NCBI GenBank assembly: GCA_023266055.1
Contig: JAHFRW010000010.1
Span: 4,139 to 68,138, forward strand
Length of the DNA stretch: 64,000 bases
From: Gammaproteobacteria bacterium
GTDB lineage: Bacteria; Pseudomonadota; Gammaproteobacteria; Ga0077554; Ga007554
Direction of reading: 5' to 3'
A program made the position numbers and the translations under genes. Below are positions 8,154-19,008 of this stretch, piece by piece. How positions within the stretch are numbered: the first letter of the stretch is position 1; each line of letters opens with the position of its first letter. The notes under the pieces were generated by a model. It made no database searches. It was not told the DNA's origin and saw only the letters and a program-made list of their open reading frames with translations.

Positions 8154-9484
8154 TCCCTGCCACTTTCAATTAACATGGCACCACCCTGACCACCACCAAT
8201 ACACAGGCTGGCCATGCCACGTCGTGTGTTGGTTCTTTTCAATACATTCAGTAGATGCAGAACAATACGCGCGCCACTGGCGCCCACAGGATGCCCGAGG
8301 CTGACACCACCGCCATCAATATTCAATCTGCTCAGATCGATTTCACCCAGGGCCTGCGTCAACCCCAGTTCGGTACGACAATAATCCGCATCTTTCCACA
8401 CTTCCAGACATGCCAACACCTGTGCAGAAAATGCTTCGTTGATTTCCCAATAATCTATGTCCGGTATTTTCAAACCATGGCGTTGCATGATCGGCGCCAT
8501 GGCATGCACAGGGCCCAGACCCATTTGCGCCGGCTCAAGCCCGGCCCAATGACAATCAATAATACGCCCCAGCACTGGCAATTTATATTTCTCAACGGCC
8601 TCGGCACTGGCCAAAATCAGCAGTGCGGCGCCATCCGTCACCTGCGCGCTGTTGCCTGCCGTCACATTACCAAACTCACGGTCGAAAACCGGTTTGAGCC
8701 TGGCCATTCTGGCCATGTCCCCATCACGACGCACGCCGTCATCCTGTTCGTAAACATTGCCTCGGGTATCGTAAAGGGTTTCGATTTCGCCCAGCAGTTT
8801 ATCATCCTGCGCCTTGGCGAGCCGACGATGGCTTTCCAGTGCAAAGGCATCCATCTGCTCACGGCTGATATTAAAACGGTGTGCGAGATTTTCTGCGGTC
8901 TGTCCCATGGATAAACCCACCACCGGGTCGGTCAGGCCACGCAACAGGCCGATAATGGGCTTGAGATGCCCGGGGCGCAATTTGCTTAATGCGCCAAACC
9001 GCGCACCGAAGTTACGTGCCGCACTCCATTCACCCAGCCAGCCCACCATGTCATTATTGAGTAACACAGGTGCATGGCTCATTGCTTCCACGCCCCCGGC
9101 CAGAATCAAATGAGCACGCCCTGTGGCGATATTGCGTGCGGCACAATCCAGCGCCTGCATGCCTGAAGCACAATTGCGCTGCACCGTCCAGGCAGGAACA
9201 TGTTTGCCGCACCCCAGACGTAACGCGACGACACGTGCGATATTGGCCTCATCCGGCCCGGGCATCACACAACCGAGAATGACCTCATCAAAATCACTGG
9301 GCTGGAAGGGTTGGCGCGCCAGCAAAGGACGCCCGGCACCTATTGCAAGATCCGCGGCCGGAAAAGAACCCGGCTTGCCTTTTGCTTTAAGCTGCGGTGT
9401 ACGGCTACCGTCAACTACATATACTGTTTTGCCGACTTGACCGGGCTTTTCGACCGGGCCGGTGCTGTCTGTTCGGTTGGCCAT
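8150..9484 (-). CDS. Acetyl-CoA C-acyltransferase (thiolase, FadI/FadA-like)
   Basis: RNCASG, EINEAF, GHPVGASG, CIGGGQG. Confidence 0.93.
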   Translation of the reverse strand: MANRTDSTGPVEKPGQVGKTVYVVDGSRTPQLKAKGKPGSFPAADLAIGAGRPLLARQPFQPSDFDEVILGCVMPGPDEANIARVVALRLGCGKHVPAWTVQRNCASGMQALDCAARNIATGRAHLILAGGVEAMSHAPVLLNNDMVGWLGEWSAARNFGARFGALSKLRPGHLKPIIGLLRGLTDPVVGLSMGQTAENLAHRFNISREQMDAFALESHRRLAKAQDDKLLGEIETLYDTRGNVYEQDDGVRRDGDMARMARLKPVFDREFGNVTAGNSAQVTDGAALLILASAEAVEKYKLPVLGRIIDCHWAGLEPAQMGLGPVHAMAPIMQRHGLKIPDIDYWEINEAFSAQVLACLEVWKDADYCRTELGLTQALGEIDLSRLNIDGGGVSLGHPVGASGARIVLHLLNVLKRTNTRRGMASLCIGGGQGGAMLIESGRE

Positions 9485-11922
9485 TCAACTTTCTCCCTTT
9501 GCCAGTAGTCTGGCGCGAAATCATCCACCTTAATCACTTCCCTGCGCGCGGCAATGGCATCATACATCAACTGCGCTTCTTCTTCCGTAATAACGCCCAG
9601 CTTGATACCCGCCTGCACACGCGGTGTTTCATCATTACCACTATATCCGCCCGGCCCCAGGCCAACACGTAATTTTTTCTCTGTCGCCTCCGCGGCCATC
9701 GCCTTGTTCAAGGCGTCCTCCAGACGCCCCAATGGCTCATTGACATCCGTGGGGATATACAAACCGGCCGTTAAACGCTCGCGCGCCTCTGTAGATTGCA
9801 ATAACGTGCCCGCCACTTTGTGGCCCAGCGCATCATTAGGCACAGCATAGGGTGTCCCCAACGGAAACACCAGCTTGCGCAACACCCAGGCGACCGGACG
9901 ATTAGGCAGATTTTGCAACAATCCATCCAGTGCACTCTGGATATTGTACAAGGCATTCTGGCACGCCCAGTGCACCATGGGGAGATCACTGCCGGGCCGC
10001 CCCTGGCTGACAAAACGTTTCAACACGGCAGACGCGAGGTACATATGGCTCAATACATCCGCAAGCCGCCCGGAAATTTTCTCCCGGCGCTTTAGAGACC
10101 CGCCCGCCACCAGCATTGCTGCGTCCGTCATCAAGGCAAATGCCGCACTCATACGGGTGAGTTGCTTATAGTAACGCTCCTCCGGCCCAGACAACGGAAT
10201 AAACACAAAACGTGCACCAGTAAGCCCCAGCCACCATGCCCCGACAGCATTGCTCATGGTAAAACCAATGTGACCAAACAAGGCGTCGTCGAATTTCAGC
10301 GATGCCTGACGTGTATCAGGATCTGCCGCCGCCTGCATTTCCTTGATCACATAAGGATGACAACGTATGGCGCCCTGGCCAAAAATAATCAGGCTGCGCG
10401 TAAGAATATTGGCGCCCTCAACGGTGATGCCAATAGGAATGGATTGATAGATACGCCCCAGTAAATTACGTGGCCCCATGCAGATACCGCTGCCACCCTG
10501 TATATCCATGGCATCATTCACCACCTTGCGCATGCTTTCCGTAAGATGGTACTTAACGATAGCCGACACGACCGAAGGTTTTTCACCCACATCGAGCGCC
10601 CCAGCGGTCATGGTGCGCGCCGCATCCATCATGTACGTATAACCGGCCATACGTGCCAGCACTTCTTCGACACCTTCAAAACGGCCGATGGAGGTTTTGA
10701 ATTGTTTGCGGACGCGTGCATACGCCCCCGTAGCCCGGCAACCCATCTTGCCCGCACCCGTGGCCAACGCCGGCAATGAAATGGAACGCCCGGCCGCCAG
10801 ACACTCCATCAGCATGCGCCAACCCTGACCCGCACGCTTGGGGCCACCAATAATCCAGTCTGCCGGAATAAACACATCCTTACCGGAATTAGGCCCGTTC
10901 TGAAACGGGATATTCAGGGGAAAGTGTCGATGGCCAATGACCACACCCGGCGTATTGGTGGGAATTAAAGCGCATGTAATTCCCACATCACTTCTGTCTC
11001 CCAGCAAACGATCCGGATCATAAAGCTTGAACGCGAGCCCCAGCACCGTTGCCACTGGCCCCAGTGTGATATAACGTTTATCCCAATTCAGGCGTATGCC
11101 TATCACCTCCTTGCCTTCAAACTCGCCACGGCAGACAACGCCGGAGTCAGGCATTGAACTGGCATCACTGCCCGCCTCCGGCCCGGTCAGCGCAAAACAG
11201 GGCACCTCTTTACCGCACGCGAGGCGGGGCAAGTAATAATTCTTTTGCTCGTCGGTACCATAATGCAGCAGCAACTCGGCAGGCCCCAGTGAGTTAGGCA
11301 CCATGATCGTCACCGCCGCCGTGACACTGCGACTGGAAATTTTCATGACTACTGCGGAATGAGCCAGCGCGGAAAATTCCAGGCCACCGTATTGTTTCGG
11401 AATAATCATGCCGAAAAAGCGATTATCCTTAATGAACTGCCAGACCTGTGGTGGCAGATCGTGTAATTCTTCGGTAATTTCCCAATCGTTCAGCATACCG
11501 CACAACTCTTCGACCGGGCCATCAAGAAAAGCCTGCTCCTCAGCACTGAGTTTGGGTGTGGGAATCGACAACAGCTTGATCCAGTCCGGATTACCGCTGA
11601 ACAATTCACCGTCCCACCATACGGTACCTGCCTCCAATGCATCACGTTCTGTTTTTGACATGGGTGGCAACGCGGTACGAAACAACGGTAAAACGCGATT
11701 ACTAATCCACGCGCGACGCAGCTTGGGCACATTGAGCAAAACAGCCGTCACAATAAAGAACGACCACAATAAGGCGATCATCCCAGGCGAAGGAGGGTCA
11801 AATACTGTCCATAAAATCGGCACCCCTGACGCAATCACCGTTGCAATAATCAGAGGGATTCGCATATACGCCAATAGACCAACCATGGCCATCAGCAATC
11901 CTATCCAGAAAAAGGACATCAT
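9415..11922 (-). CDS. fadE: Large membrane-anchored acyl-CoA dehydrogenase
   Basis: N-terminal TMs, EAGTVWWDGELF, CFALTGPEAGSDA, ITVEGANILTR, C-terminal VDDF. Confidence 0.92.
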   Translation of the reverse strand: MMSFFWIGLLMAMVGLLAYMRIPLIIATVIASGVPILWTVFDPPSPGMIALLWSFFIVTAVLLNVPKLRRAWISNRVLPLFRTALPPMSKTERDALEAGTVWWDGELFSGNPDWIKLLSIPTPKLSAEEQAFLDGPVEELCGMLNDWEITEELHDLPPQVWQFIKDNRFFGMIIPKQYGGLEFSALAHSAVVMKISSRSVTAAVTIMVPNSLGPAELLLHYGTDEQKNYYLPRLACGKEVPCFALTGPEAGSDASSMPDSGVVCRGEFEGKEVIGIRLNWDKRYITLGPVATVLGLAFKLYDPDRLLGDRSDVGITCALIPTNTPGVVIGHRHFPLNIPFQNGPNSGKDVFIPADWIIGGPKRAGQGWRMLMECLAAGRSISLPALATGAGKMGCRATGAYARVRKQFKTSIGRFEGVEEVLARMAGYTYMMDAARTMTAGALDVGEKPSVVSAIVKYHLTESMRKVVNDAMDIQGGSGICMGPRNLLGRIYQSIPIGITVEGANILTRSLIIFGQGAIRCHPYVIKEMQAAADPDTRQASLKFDDALFGHIGFTMSNAVGAWWLGLTGARFVFIPLSGPEERYYKQLTRMSAAFALMTDAAMLVAGGSLKRREKISGRLADVLSHMYLASAVLKRFVSQGRPGSDLPMVHWACQNALYNIQSALDGLLQNLPNRPVAWVLRKLVFPLGTPYAVPNDALGHKVAGTLLQSTEARERLTAGLYIPTDVNEPLGRLEDALNKAMAAEATEKKLRVGLGPGGYSGNDETPRVQAGIKLGVITEEEAQLMYDAIAARREVIKVDDFAPDYWQREKVEWPTEQTAPARSKSPVKSAKQYM

Positions 11923-12866
11923 GTCTTTGTCACTCCCAAAACAACTTTATGCTTCCTGGTGCGACATCTGACGCGCGAACGACGCGCCTTCAACGCATGC
12001 TGTGAAATGCCATCATCCTTAATATCATAAAACAAGGCCGTATCCCGTGCAGACTCCGGCATTAAACATTCATGCTCATCATTACAGATAGCGCCATGCT
12101 TGTCCCAGGGAAGATAACGATACGCGCCAGTGTCATCCAGGGCCACTACAGAAAATTTCACATTATCAAAATAAGGAGAGTAATCAAAGTCTCGCGGCGT
12201 ACACAACCGGGTATTACGTGGATAAAAACACAATGCACCATCCTCACTGCGCCGGACAACCGGCAGCACCGGAAAACGCACCGACTCAAACGCTGCCGCT
12301 ATCAGTGTGGAGCATATCGTACGTTCCGACAAGCTTGTATTAATATCAAACAGACTTGACCCCAGCCGCCGAGGCAACCAGCTACGCCGCGCAATCCAGC
12401 GCGCCAAATCAAACAATTGACGAATATCATACGGCACTCCCAGATGATGCGCCGCAAACCGCAGCACGTGGCAAGCATCATCGGTGGACAAACCACGTGG
12501 CTGACAAACGCGCAAATTCACCCCACGGTATTTACTCAGGGGTGCCACAATAATACCCTGCCCAATCAATCCTTCGATAATTAACGGTTCATTTGGACTG
12601 CCCTGATAGTGCCGCTGAAGTTGCTGGCGTAACACCGAATCACCCATCTCGCAAAGCCGCCCAACATACAGCGCGGAATGCGTCCACGGACTTTTCGTAA
12701 TATTCTTTATGAATTGACTAAGACGGGTATTCCCTTCTACCAGAATCACATCAGCCGGACGCAGCGCCCGGCTCAATCGATCAAAATCACATATTGGCAC
12801 CGCTGAAGCATCTTCTTCAGTCAACCAGCCGACAAATTTTTCTTTCAGCCAGCCTAACATGCTCAC
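11919..12866 (-). CDS. Permuted papain-like amidase/acyltransferase (YiiX/YebB NlpC/P60 family)
   Basis: ADVILV, SPWTHSALY (His), GVPYD, ICSTLIA (Cys), PRDFD; ATGA overlap with fadE. Confidence 0.8.
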   Translation of the reverse strand: MSMLGWLKEKFVGWLTEEDASAVPICDFDRLSRALRPADVILVEGNTRLSQFIKNITKSPWTHSALYVGRLCEMGDSVLRQQLQRHYQGSPNEPLIIEGLIGQGIIVAPLSKYRGVNLRVCQPRGLSTDDACHVLRFAAHHLGVPYDIRQLFDLARWIARRSWLPRRLGSSLFDINTSLSERTICSTLIAAAFESVRFPVLPVVRRSEDGALCFYPRNTRLCTPRDFDYSPYFDNVKFSVVALDDTGAYRYLPWDKHGAICNDEHECLMPESARDTALFYDIKDDGISQHALKARRSRVRCRTRKHKVVLGVTKT

Positions 12867-13579
12867 CTCGGTACCTTGTTTATAAACCAGTTAGTCACCG
12901 GGACAACCGCCTTGAGCATCAAGGTGGCTATGGGAGGAAGTTTCATCCTATCGACAAGACGCGCCCCTACATTCTTGTAGCGGCAAAATGCACTTTTTTT
13001 GAAGGGTATCCCGAAAACTCAGGGGGTTCTCACAAATAGCTCTCACATCCTCGCCACCTAACACACCGCGCCTTGAACAGGGATGTGAACGGGGGCCTGA
13101 AACATCCATCGTCCATGCCCAAACCGCATAGAAAATCAATAAAATTCAAAAATATGATCATTAGCACATAATCAAGCCATCCACCTCTTGCTTAAAATAA
13201 TTGGACACCACCCACACCCCTAGCGTTCACGCAGCAGTCCATAATGGCATCACCACGAGGTAACATTCTTATCTTTGATGAATTAACAACCATTTCTACC
13301 CCCTCGCCCCACCCTGATCGCGCCATCACCCGACACGATACACTCGCCCCGTCTGCGCGTCTTTCCGACTGTATGCCAGAACCACACGACCAGCAGGTAC
13401 AGATTCAAAGCCACCAAAACTATGCCCACATTTTTTGCCCCCGAAAAACCTCCCCTATGCCTTCAGAGCCGCAAAACTGCCTTGATTTAACAGCTACTGA
13501 ACTCGACCCTGTTCCTGAAACTTTCCATAATCTCAATATTGGCACCTCGATACTGTCGTCACGAGATTATAGCTTTATG

Positions 13580-14104
13580 TTAGAACTGCATCTTTCTGAA
13601 AATTTGAAGGGGCTTGTGGTGCAGGAATCCTATCAGCGGCACGATATTACAGATCACGTATGGGCGCATTTGCCTGGGCGTGAAGGCCCCTGGGGCGGCA
13701 TTGCCTAAAGACAACTGGCAAGTTATCAATGCAGTATTCTGGATATTTTCGCACCGGCGCACCGTGGCGTGATCTCCCACCCACCTAAGCAGGTTCACGA
13801 CCTCCTTGCACACATGAAAGCGCAGCATCTACTGACGGACAAAGGCTATGACAGCGATGCCATTGTGGAGCCAGTCCAGAAACAAGGAATGCCGTGATTG
13901 TGCCGCGCACAAACCGTAAAGAGCAACGCGGGGATGACAAAGATTTGTAGCGACTGCGCCACGTGGTGGAAAACGCATTCCTGCACCTCAAACGCTGGTG
14001 CGGCATCGCAACACGTTATGCCAAAAACGTGTCGTCATTCCTCGCAGCGGGATACATTCACTGCCTGGCAGTGTGGCTGGAAATCTCGTGACGATACTAT
14101 CTAG
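13580..14104 (+). mobile_element. Degenerate, internally deleted IS5-family element
   Basis: Frameshifted fragments RHDITD..W, INAVFWIFRTGAPWRDLP, DKGYDSDAIV, RHVVENAFLHLKRW.GIATRYAK; ends in CTAG. Confidence 0.85.
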
Positions 14105-14888
14105 CACCATGACGCCAGTTAATTTCATGCGCCGTCTTTTCTCCGACAAGAACAGGCCCAAGACTGCTGGGCATTGCCAGCTCACTTTCTGAGACAGGCA
14201 CTCGCCCCCCCATAATCTCGGCTCTTCTCTGAGGAAAGCGTGGCTCTTGATGAGGATCCGCGTACCCATCGGGATACACGGGGAAATTTGTACTCGGGTC
14301 ATACTTGTCAGTAGCACCGACGATATGCAAAAACTCATGCGCAATCACCACATTGTTTGGCCCTGCCATTTTCTCGCTGGCAAACGCATTCACCACACCG
14401 ACCAACCCTTTTTCCAGGCCAAATGAGTGATCCAGGGTATCGTGCATTTCAGGATCATAATAAACAACAAACATGCGGATATCGGGCGCCGGGCCGTTAT
14501 AGGTATCGGCCCGAAATGCCCAATAACGCATTTTAAGACTCCACCATATGACCGCCAGTGTATCGCCATTATGGGGTGGTTTGGGAGGGAGATCGGTAAC
14601 CACCGGGCCAAGCTTGATGCTCACAGGCTTATCAAGCTTTAACTGATAGCGCCGTGCTTCACGCGCCATGAACGCTTCTATATCGCTGAAATTTTCTTTC
14701 CTTACACTATCGACATATGCCGCTGATGTCGCGCTACCGTCACCATTGATCGGATAGATCACCACCCATAAGGAACGATCCCAATCCGTGGTACGGAGCT
14801 TGTTTAACCAGGTATTGGCCGCCACGAAAACCAGCAATAGCAGGAGAAATGTAATCCGTAGCTTGCGAAACGTCCCACCTTTTACCAT
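14097..14888 (-). CDS. Membrane-anchored hypothetical protein, zinc-metallopeptidase-like
   Basis: N-terminal TM; VIAHEFLHIVGATDKY (HExxH) and a downstream IM Met-turn-like motif. Confidence 0.65.
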   Translation of the reverse strand: MVKGGTFRKLRITFLLLLLVFVAANTWLNKLRTTDWDRSLWVVIYPINGDGSATSAAYVDSVRKENFSDIEAFMAREARRYQLKLDKPVSIKLGPVVTDLPPKPPHNGDTLAVIWWSLKMRYWAFRADTYNGPAPDIRMFVVYYDPEMHDTLDHSFGLEKGLVGVVNAFASEKMAGPNNVVIAHEFLHIVGATDKYDPSTNFPVYPDGYADPHQEPRFPQRRAEIMGGRVPVSESELAMPSSLGPVLVGEKTAHEINWRHGAR

Positions 14889-14918
14889 GCCCTATTTCCC
14901 GCACCCGCAAAAGACAGA

Positions 14919-16286
14919 CTACGCGCCGAACAACCGCCATTCTTCCGTATAGAAATGGAGGGCGGGCACGGGTTTATCTGTCAGCCTGATGGTTTCCAGC
15001 ACGCGTTCGTTCTGCCCATCCAGCACCGAGACTGTGCCATCGGTAGGATTGGAAATGAAAATGCGTACAAACTTGCCGTTCTGCTCAATAAATCCAATGG
15101 GGCGCCGCCCACACTCCGCAACACCTACCTTGACCTCTTTAATCAAGGGCAATACCGGCGACGCACCGGGAAAAGCGGTAGCCGCAGATTTTGCGGGTGG
15201 CGCGGCAGGTGGAATGCCGGAAGCCACCAGTGCCGACGTATCAAATACCAACAAAATATCCTTTTTGAGATTGGCGCGCTGCACGCCTTTGCCGGTCACT
15301 GCTGTGGTTAAATATAACTTTCGTCCATCATGGCTAAAACGATAAACGCTGGGATAGATGTCCGGCAAATCAATGGTTTCAAATACGGTTCTACTGACCA
15401 CATCCAGCACGGTCAGCTTGCCAATCACATGCTCAGGCTGCGTGGTGCGATCCGCACCTTTGCAAATGATGAAACGGCCATTCGGACTCAACAAGGCATT
15501 GCTGCTAAGACCAACATGAATCGAGTCTTCAATGGTATTGGTCAATGGATCCATCACGACTACCGTGCCATAACCATTATTAAGGTTATAGACCTTACCC
15601 GTTAATTCCGAGTACGCCATGCCATGAGGTGCAGCACCATTGGAAAATCCGGCGTCCACTTCTGTCTCACGCGCCGTATCCTGCAAATCAATCGTCGCTA
15701 TCACTTTCAAATAGGTTGAAACATCGGCGGGGTCATTGCCTACCACTGAAATATCACCGCTCATCAGATTGCTGATAAATGCACGGCGGGGTGTCGCTGG
15801 CATCATGGGCGTGGGATAAGTGAAGGCCACCACATGATGACCGCGCCCCACGCACAGTGTGCTCAGCACATTAAGTGGCATACCTTTATGGTCGGGGCGC
15901 TTGTCATTCTGGATAACCGTGACTGACGATCCTGCTGCTCCGCAATTCACGGGATCCGTACCGGTCGTCTTGTCTCCGTCATTTCCCAGCCAGAGTTGCG
16001 ACTGATCAGGGTAACGATACATATGATCCGGGCACGCATTCACCGGGAATTTTTTATGCGTGATGATTTTTTTCGTCATCGGGTCAAACAATACTGCCTG
16101 ATGATCTGGTGTAGCATTTAAAAAAACACCGGGCGATGCGCCACTGTGTAACTCGGCATCCAGAGTTGTTACACGGGTTTTGCCACTACCACTCTCATGG
16201 TGAATAACGGCAATCTCACCTGTTTCTTCGTTGCCAGCGTAGCATACTAAAGACCAATCAAGATCATCGGTTTTATCAGACGTCAT
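14919..16286 (-). CDS. YncE/YVTN-type beta-propeller protein
   Basis: Repeats such as PHGMAYS..GKVY.LNNG.GTVVVMD and ISNPTDGTVSVLD. Confidence 0.75.
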   Translation of the reverse strand: MTSDKTDDLDWSLVCYAGNEETGEIAVIHHESGSGKTRVTTLDAELHSGASPGVFLNATPDHQAVLFDPMTKKIITHKKFPVNACPDHMYRYPDQSQLWLGNDGDKTTGTDPVNCGAAGSSVTVIQNDKRPDHKGMPLNVLSTLCVGRGHHVVAFTYPTPMMPATPRRAFISNLMSGDISVVGNDPADVSTYLKVIATIDLQDTARETEVDAGFSNGAAPHGMAYSELTGKVYNLNNGYGTVVVMDPLTNTIEDSIHVGLSSNALLSPNGRFIICKGADRTTQPEHVIGKLTVLDVVSRTVFETIDLPDIYPSVYRFSHDGRKLYLTTAVTGKGVQRANLKKDILLVFDTSALVASGIPPAAPPAKSAATAFPGASPVLPLIKEVKVGVAECGRRPIGFIEQNGKFVRIFISNPTDGTVSVLDGQNERVLETIRLTDKPVPALHFYTEEWRLFGA

Positions 16287-16340
16287 TTTAATATCCTGTT
16301 TTTCTTGGAAACCAATTCATCATGAACCATAAAATCAGGA

Positions 16341-17066
16341 TTACTGTTCCGGAACGGGTGTCACCCGAATGGGCGCAGGTTGTTTTGATAGCGGTTTATC
16401 GACATCCGGGCTGTTACGATCTGTCCACTCTCTGCCTTTACGCGCCATAAACTCGGCTTCTTCCCTGGGCAACGGACCCCGCGCCAGAATACCTTCCCAC
16501 TCCCACATCGCCGCACGTGCCTTACGCACGTGGGGATCCTCGGGAGGCGACAGATGTACGTAAGTGCGCATGGCACCTAATGCACCCTGAAAATCGCCCC
16601 GCTGCTCCAGCGCAACTCCCAACCCCCAGTAAGCATTCGACTGATAAGGTCGCAACGTGGTTGCCTTGTCAAAAAAATTCACCGCCTCTTCATAACGCTC
16701 AAGACCCAGCAAGGCATATCCCATATTGACATGCGCATCCACCAGATTGGGCGAGAGTTGCAGCACACGCTGCAATGCCGTAATGGCGTGCTCGTATTGC
16801 TTGGCATGCAGCATTACCACCGCCTGCTCAAAACGCGTTTTTATTTGCGCCATGCGCACTTGCTGGGAGTGGCCCTTAGGATCCTTGGCAGGATCAATCA
16901 CGGCCTGCGGCACAGGCGGTGGTGGCACAAATATCGGATTGTGCATCACGCCCACCAGCATCGCCACCATGCCCAGCACCAACGCCAATGAAATAAACGA
17001 GGTTGACTTTGATGTATCCGACACTAGGCCTGGCGATACATGGGGTTGCGTCAATGCTGTGCTCAT
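16341..17066 (-). CDS. Membrane-anchored TPR protein
   Basis: TM followed by TPRs (AHVNMGYALL.LERYEEA; AYWGLGVAL); coupled to ccsA. Confidence 0.82.
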   Translation of the reverse strand: MSTALTQPHVSPGLVSDTSKSTSFISLALVLGMVAMLVGVMHNPIFVPPPPVPQAVIDPAKDPKGHSQQVRMAQIKTRFEQAVVMLHAKQYEHAITALQRVLQLSPNLVDAHVNMGYALLGLERYEEAVNFFDKATTLRPYQSNAYWGLGVALEQRGDFQGALGAMRTYVHLSPPEDPHVRKARAAMWEWEGILARGPLPREEAEFMARKGREWTDRNSPDVDKPLSKQPAPIRVTPVPEQ

Positions 17067-17935
17067 ACCACACCTTTGTGTGCAGCTTCGCTGTAAAAAG
17101 GTGTACCAAAGTACGTGATAAAAGCAAAAACAAATACGGCAATAATAGCAATGGCGCCCACACGAATTGGAATGCGGTAGGTAAGCCGCGCATGAATGCT
17201 GGCACCCAATAGAAGCCAGTTAAGAAAAGAAGATGTTTCCAGCGCATCCCATGCCCAATAGCGCCCCCAGGCATCCTGCGCCCATACCGCACCCGCGGTA
17301 AGCATTAAACTGTGAAAAATGAACGCCAGCAACATGAAACGCCACGCCAGCGCATCCAGCACTTCATCGGCAGGCACATGACGAAACCATGATGCAAATC
17401 GCTGCGTATTACGCAGTAATATCACCCCAGCCAAGCCGGTGCCCACCAGACAGAAGGACAGAAAAATCTTTCCCAAACCTACATGCGCCCATAACCAGTC
17501 ATTGTGATAAGTGGGTGGCAGCGCGGTATCCACGGGCTGCAATGCCAACACCCAGCCACCCAGCACCCACATCATGGGTAATGCCACCACCGCGCTGGGA
17601 CGCAACAACGGCACTCGCCAGTACACCACGGCAAACACCAGGCCCAGGCTCCACAATTGACTCATCAGCAGTTCAAACAAATTAACAAAAGGGCCATGAC
17701 CAAGACGCATCCAGCGCTCGGCAATCGCGATGGCAATCAGGGCCACTCCCATGGACACCATGAGCAGTACAAATTTTTCATGGGTGCGCACCACCGCCAT
17801 TGAGCCCACCGTGGCGACTTGTGCTCGCAGGATACCCATGACTGCGGCCACCGTGGCCAGTACATACGCCGTCAGCCCAGCCCATAACCAGGGCAATTCT
17901 GTGGCGCGACTGATTACACCTGTCATGTCATTCAT
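17063..17935 (-). CDS. ccsA: Cytochrome c biogenesis protein CcsA/ResC (System II)
   Basis: GHGPFVNLFE, WLWAHV, WWD motif WAQDAWGRYWAWDALE, terminal His. Confidence 0.9.
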   Translation of the reverse strand: MNDMTGVISRATELPWLWAGLTAYVLATVAAVMGILRAQVATVGSMAVVRTHEKFVLLMVSMGVALIAIAIAERWMRLGHGPFVNLFELLMSQLWSLGLVFAVVYWRVPLLRPSAVVALPMMWVLGGWVLALQPVDTALPPTYHNDWLWAHVGLGKIFLSFCLVGTGLAGVILLRNTQRFASWFRHVPADEVLDALAWRFMLLAFIFHSLMLTAGAVWAQDAWGRYWAWDALETSSFLNWLLLGASIHARLTYRIPIRVGAIAIIAVFVFAFITYFGTPFYSEAAHKGVV

Positions 17936-19008
17936 AAAAACCTCCCATCGGTCGTTTCCGGCATCTTCTGCAATCGCCCTATCGACCCAGCGGGCGACCC
18001 AGCAGCGTGTGAAGATGGCACGCGGACACCCACCTTAAGCCAGAAATGCGTTGCCAAACCCGTAATCGCTATCAATGCTGCGCCAAACAACCAGTGCAGG
18101 GTAGGATCATAAAATACCTTGTACCCCATCCAGGTAGTCAATCGGTCATAGCGCAGGTTACCGCCCGGCAGTTGCACGTTTTGTCCCGGCTCAAGCTCAA
18201 CTCGCTGCTCGCCTGTATTCACTACCAGAACTCCGGTCGCCGTTTTTCCATTCAACACCCACGCCGCATCTTCACGCAAGCCGGTCTTTAAGCGCAACCA
18301 GAACTTGATCTCCTGACCATTCGGTGGCGTCCAACTGCTGTCCTGCTTGTACTCAAACAACGGGTAGGGCGGCATATGTATGGTGCCACTAATCGCCTCG
18401 CCCTGCTCAGGAATCCATGTCAATATTGGTGCAAACCCTTTATTAAAGGTCGTGTAAAAACGATAGCCTTCCAGGATCAGGGGACGATCGTCTCCTACCA
18501 CTTTGGTTTGCCAACCCTGCCCACCACCCGATGCATTTGCCTGACCGTCTGGTATCAAAACCTGGCTATGGGTCAAACCACGCACCATGCCAGAAGAATA
18601 ATCCACGGTAAATGATCCCTGCACAAAGGCCAGCTGCTGCAATGCGCCGGAATGTAACGGGCCTTTTTCCAGGTTGGTCAGATCGGAGGGTGAAAAAGGA
18701 GTGCCTTCGGTAATTTCCAGTTGCGCGTCGAAATGTGTCAGGCGCCCGACGCCTGCAAGCACAATAATCGCTAGCAGACCCAGATGGAACACCAGCAATC
18801 CACCACGGCGGTTGATACGAGGATTGGTGGCAATAGCCGCCAGCAGGTTAACTGCCAGAAAGGCCAGTGGCACAACCAGCACCCAGACCGGCGTCTCTGC
18901 CGGATTATCGTAACTGAGCGCCGCGCCAATGGCCAGCAGGAACATCCCCACCAACGCCAGTCGTGTAGAGCCCAAACCGCGACCCATATTCATCATGCGG
19001 TGGGTCAT
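17932..19008 (-). CDS. resB: Cytochrome c biogenesis protein ResB/CcsB-like
   Basis: N-terminal TMs with FHLGL, large periplasmic domain, YDP followed by a terminal TM; adjacent to ccsA. Confidence 0.8.
   Translation of the reverse strand: MTHRMMNMGRGLGSTRLALVGMFLLAIGAALSYDNPAETPVWVLVVPLAFLAVNLLAAIATNPRINRRGGLLVFHLGLLAIIVLAGVGRLTHFDAQLEITEGTPFSPSDLTNLEKGPLHSGALQQLAFVQGSFTVDYSSGMVRGLTHSQVLIPDGQANASGGGQGWQTKVVGDDRPLILEGYRFYTTFNKGFAPILTWIPEQGEAISGTIHMPPYPLFEYKQDSSWTPPNGQEIKFWLRLKTGLREDAAWVLNGKTATGVLVVNTGEQRVELEPGQNVQLPGGNLRYDRLTTWMGYKVFYDPTLHWLFGAALIAITGLATHFWLKVGVRVPSSHAAGSPAGSIGRLQKMPETTDGRFL

Noticed and set aside
9415-9484. 70-nt overlap of the fadE C-terminus with the thiolase start as a recoding signal
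   Set aside because: No slippery site or structure seen; a simple stop-codon drift explains it
13244-13708. 154-aa ORF
   Set aside because: Chance read-through; only its 3' end is the IS5 transposase N-terminal fragment
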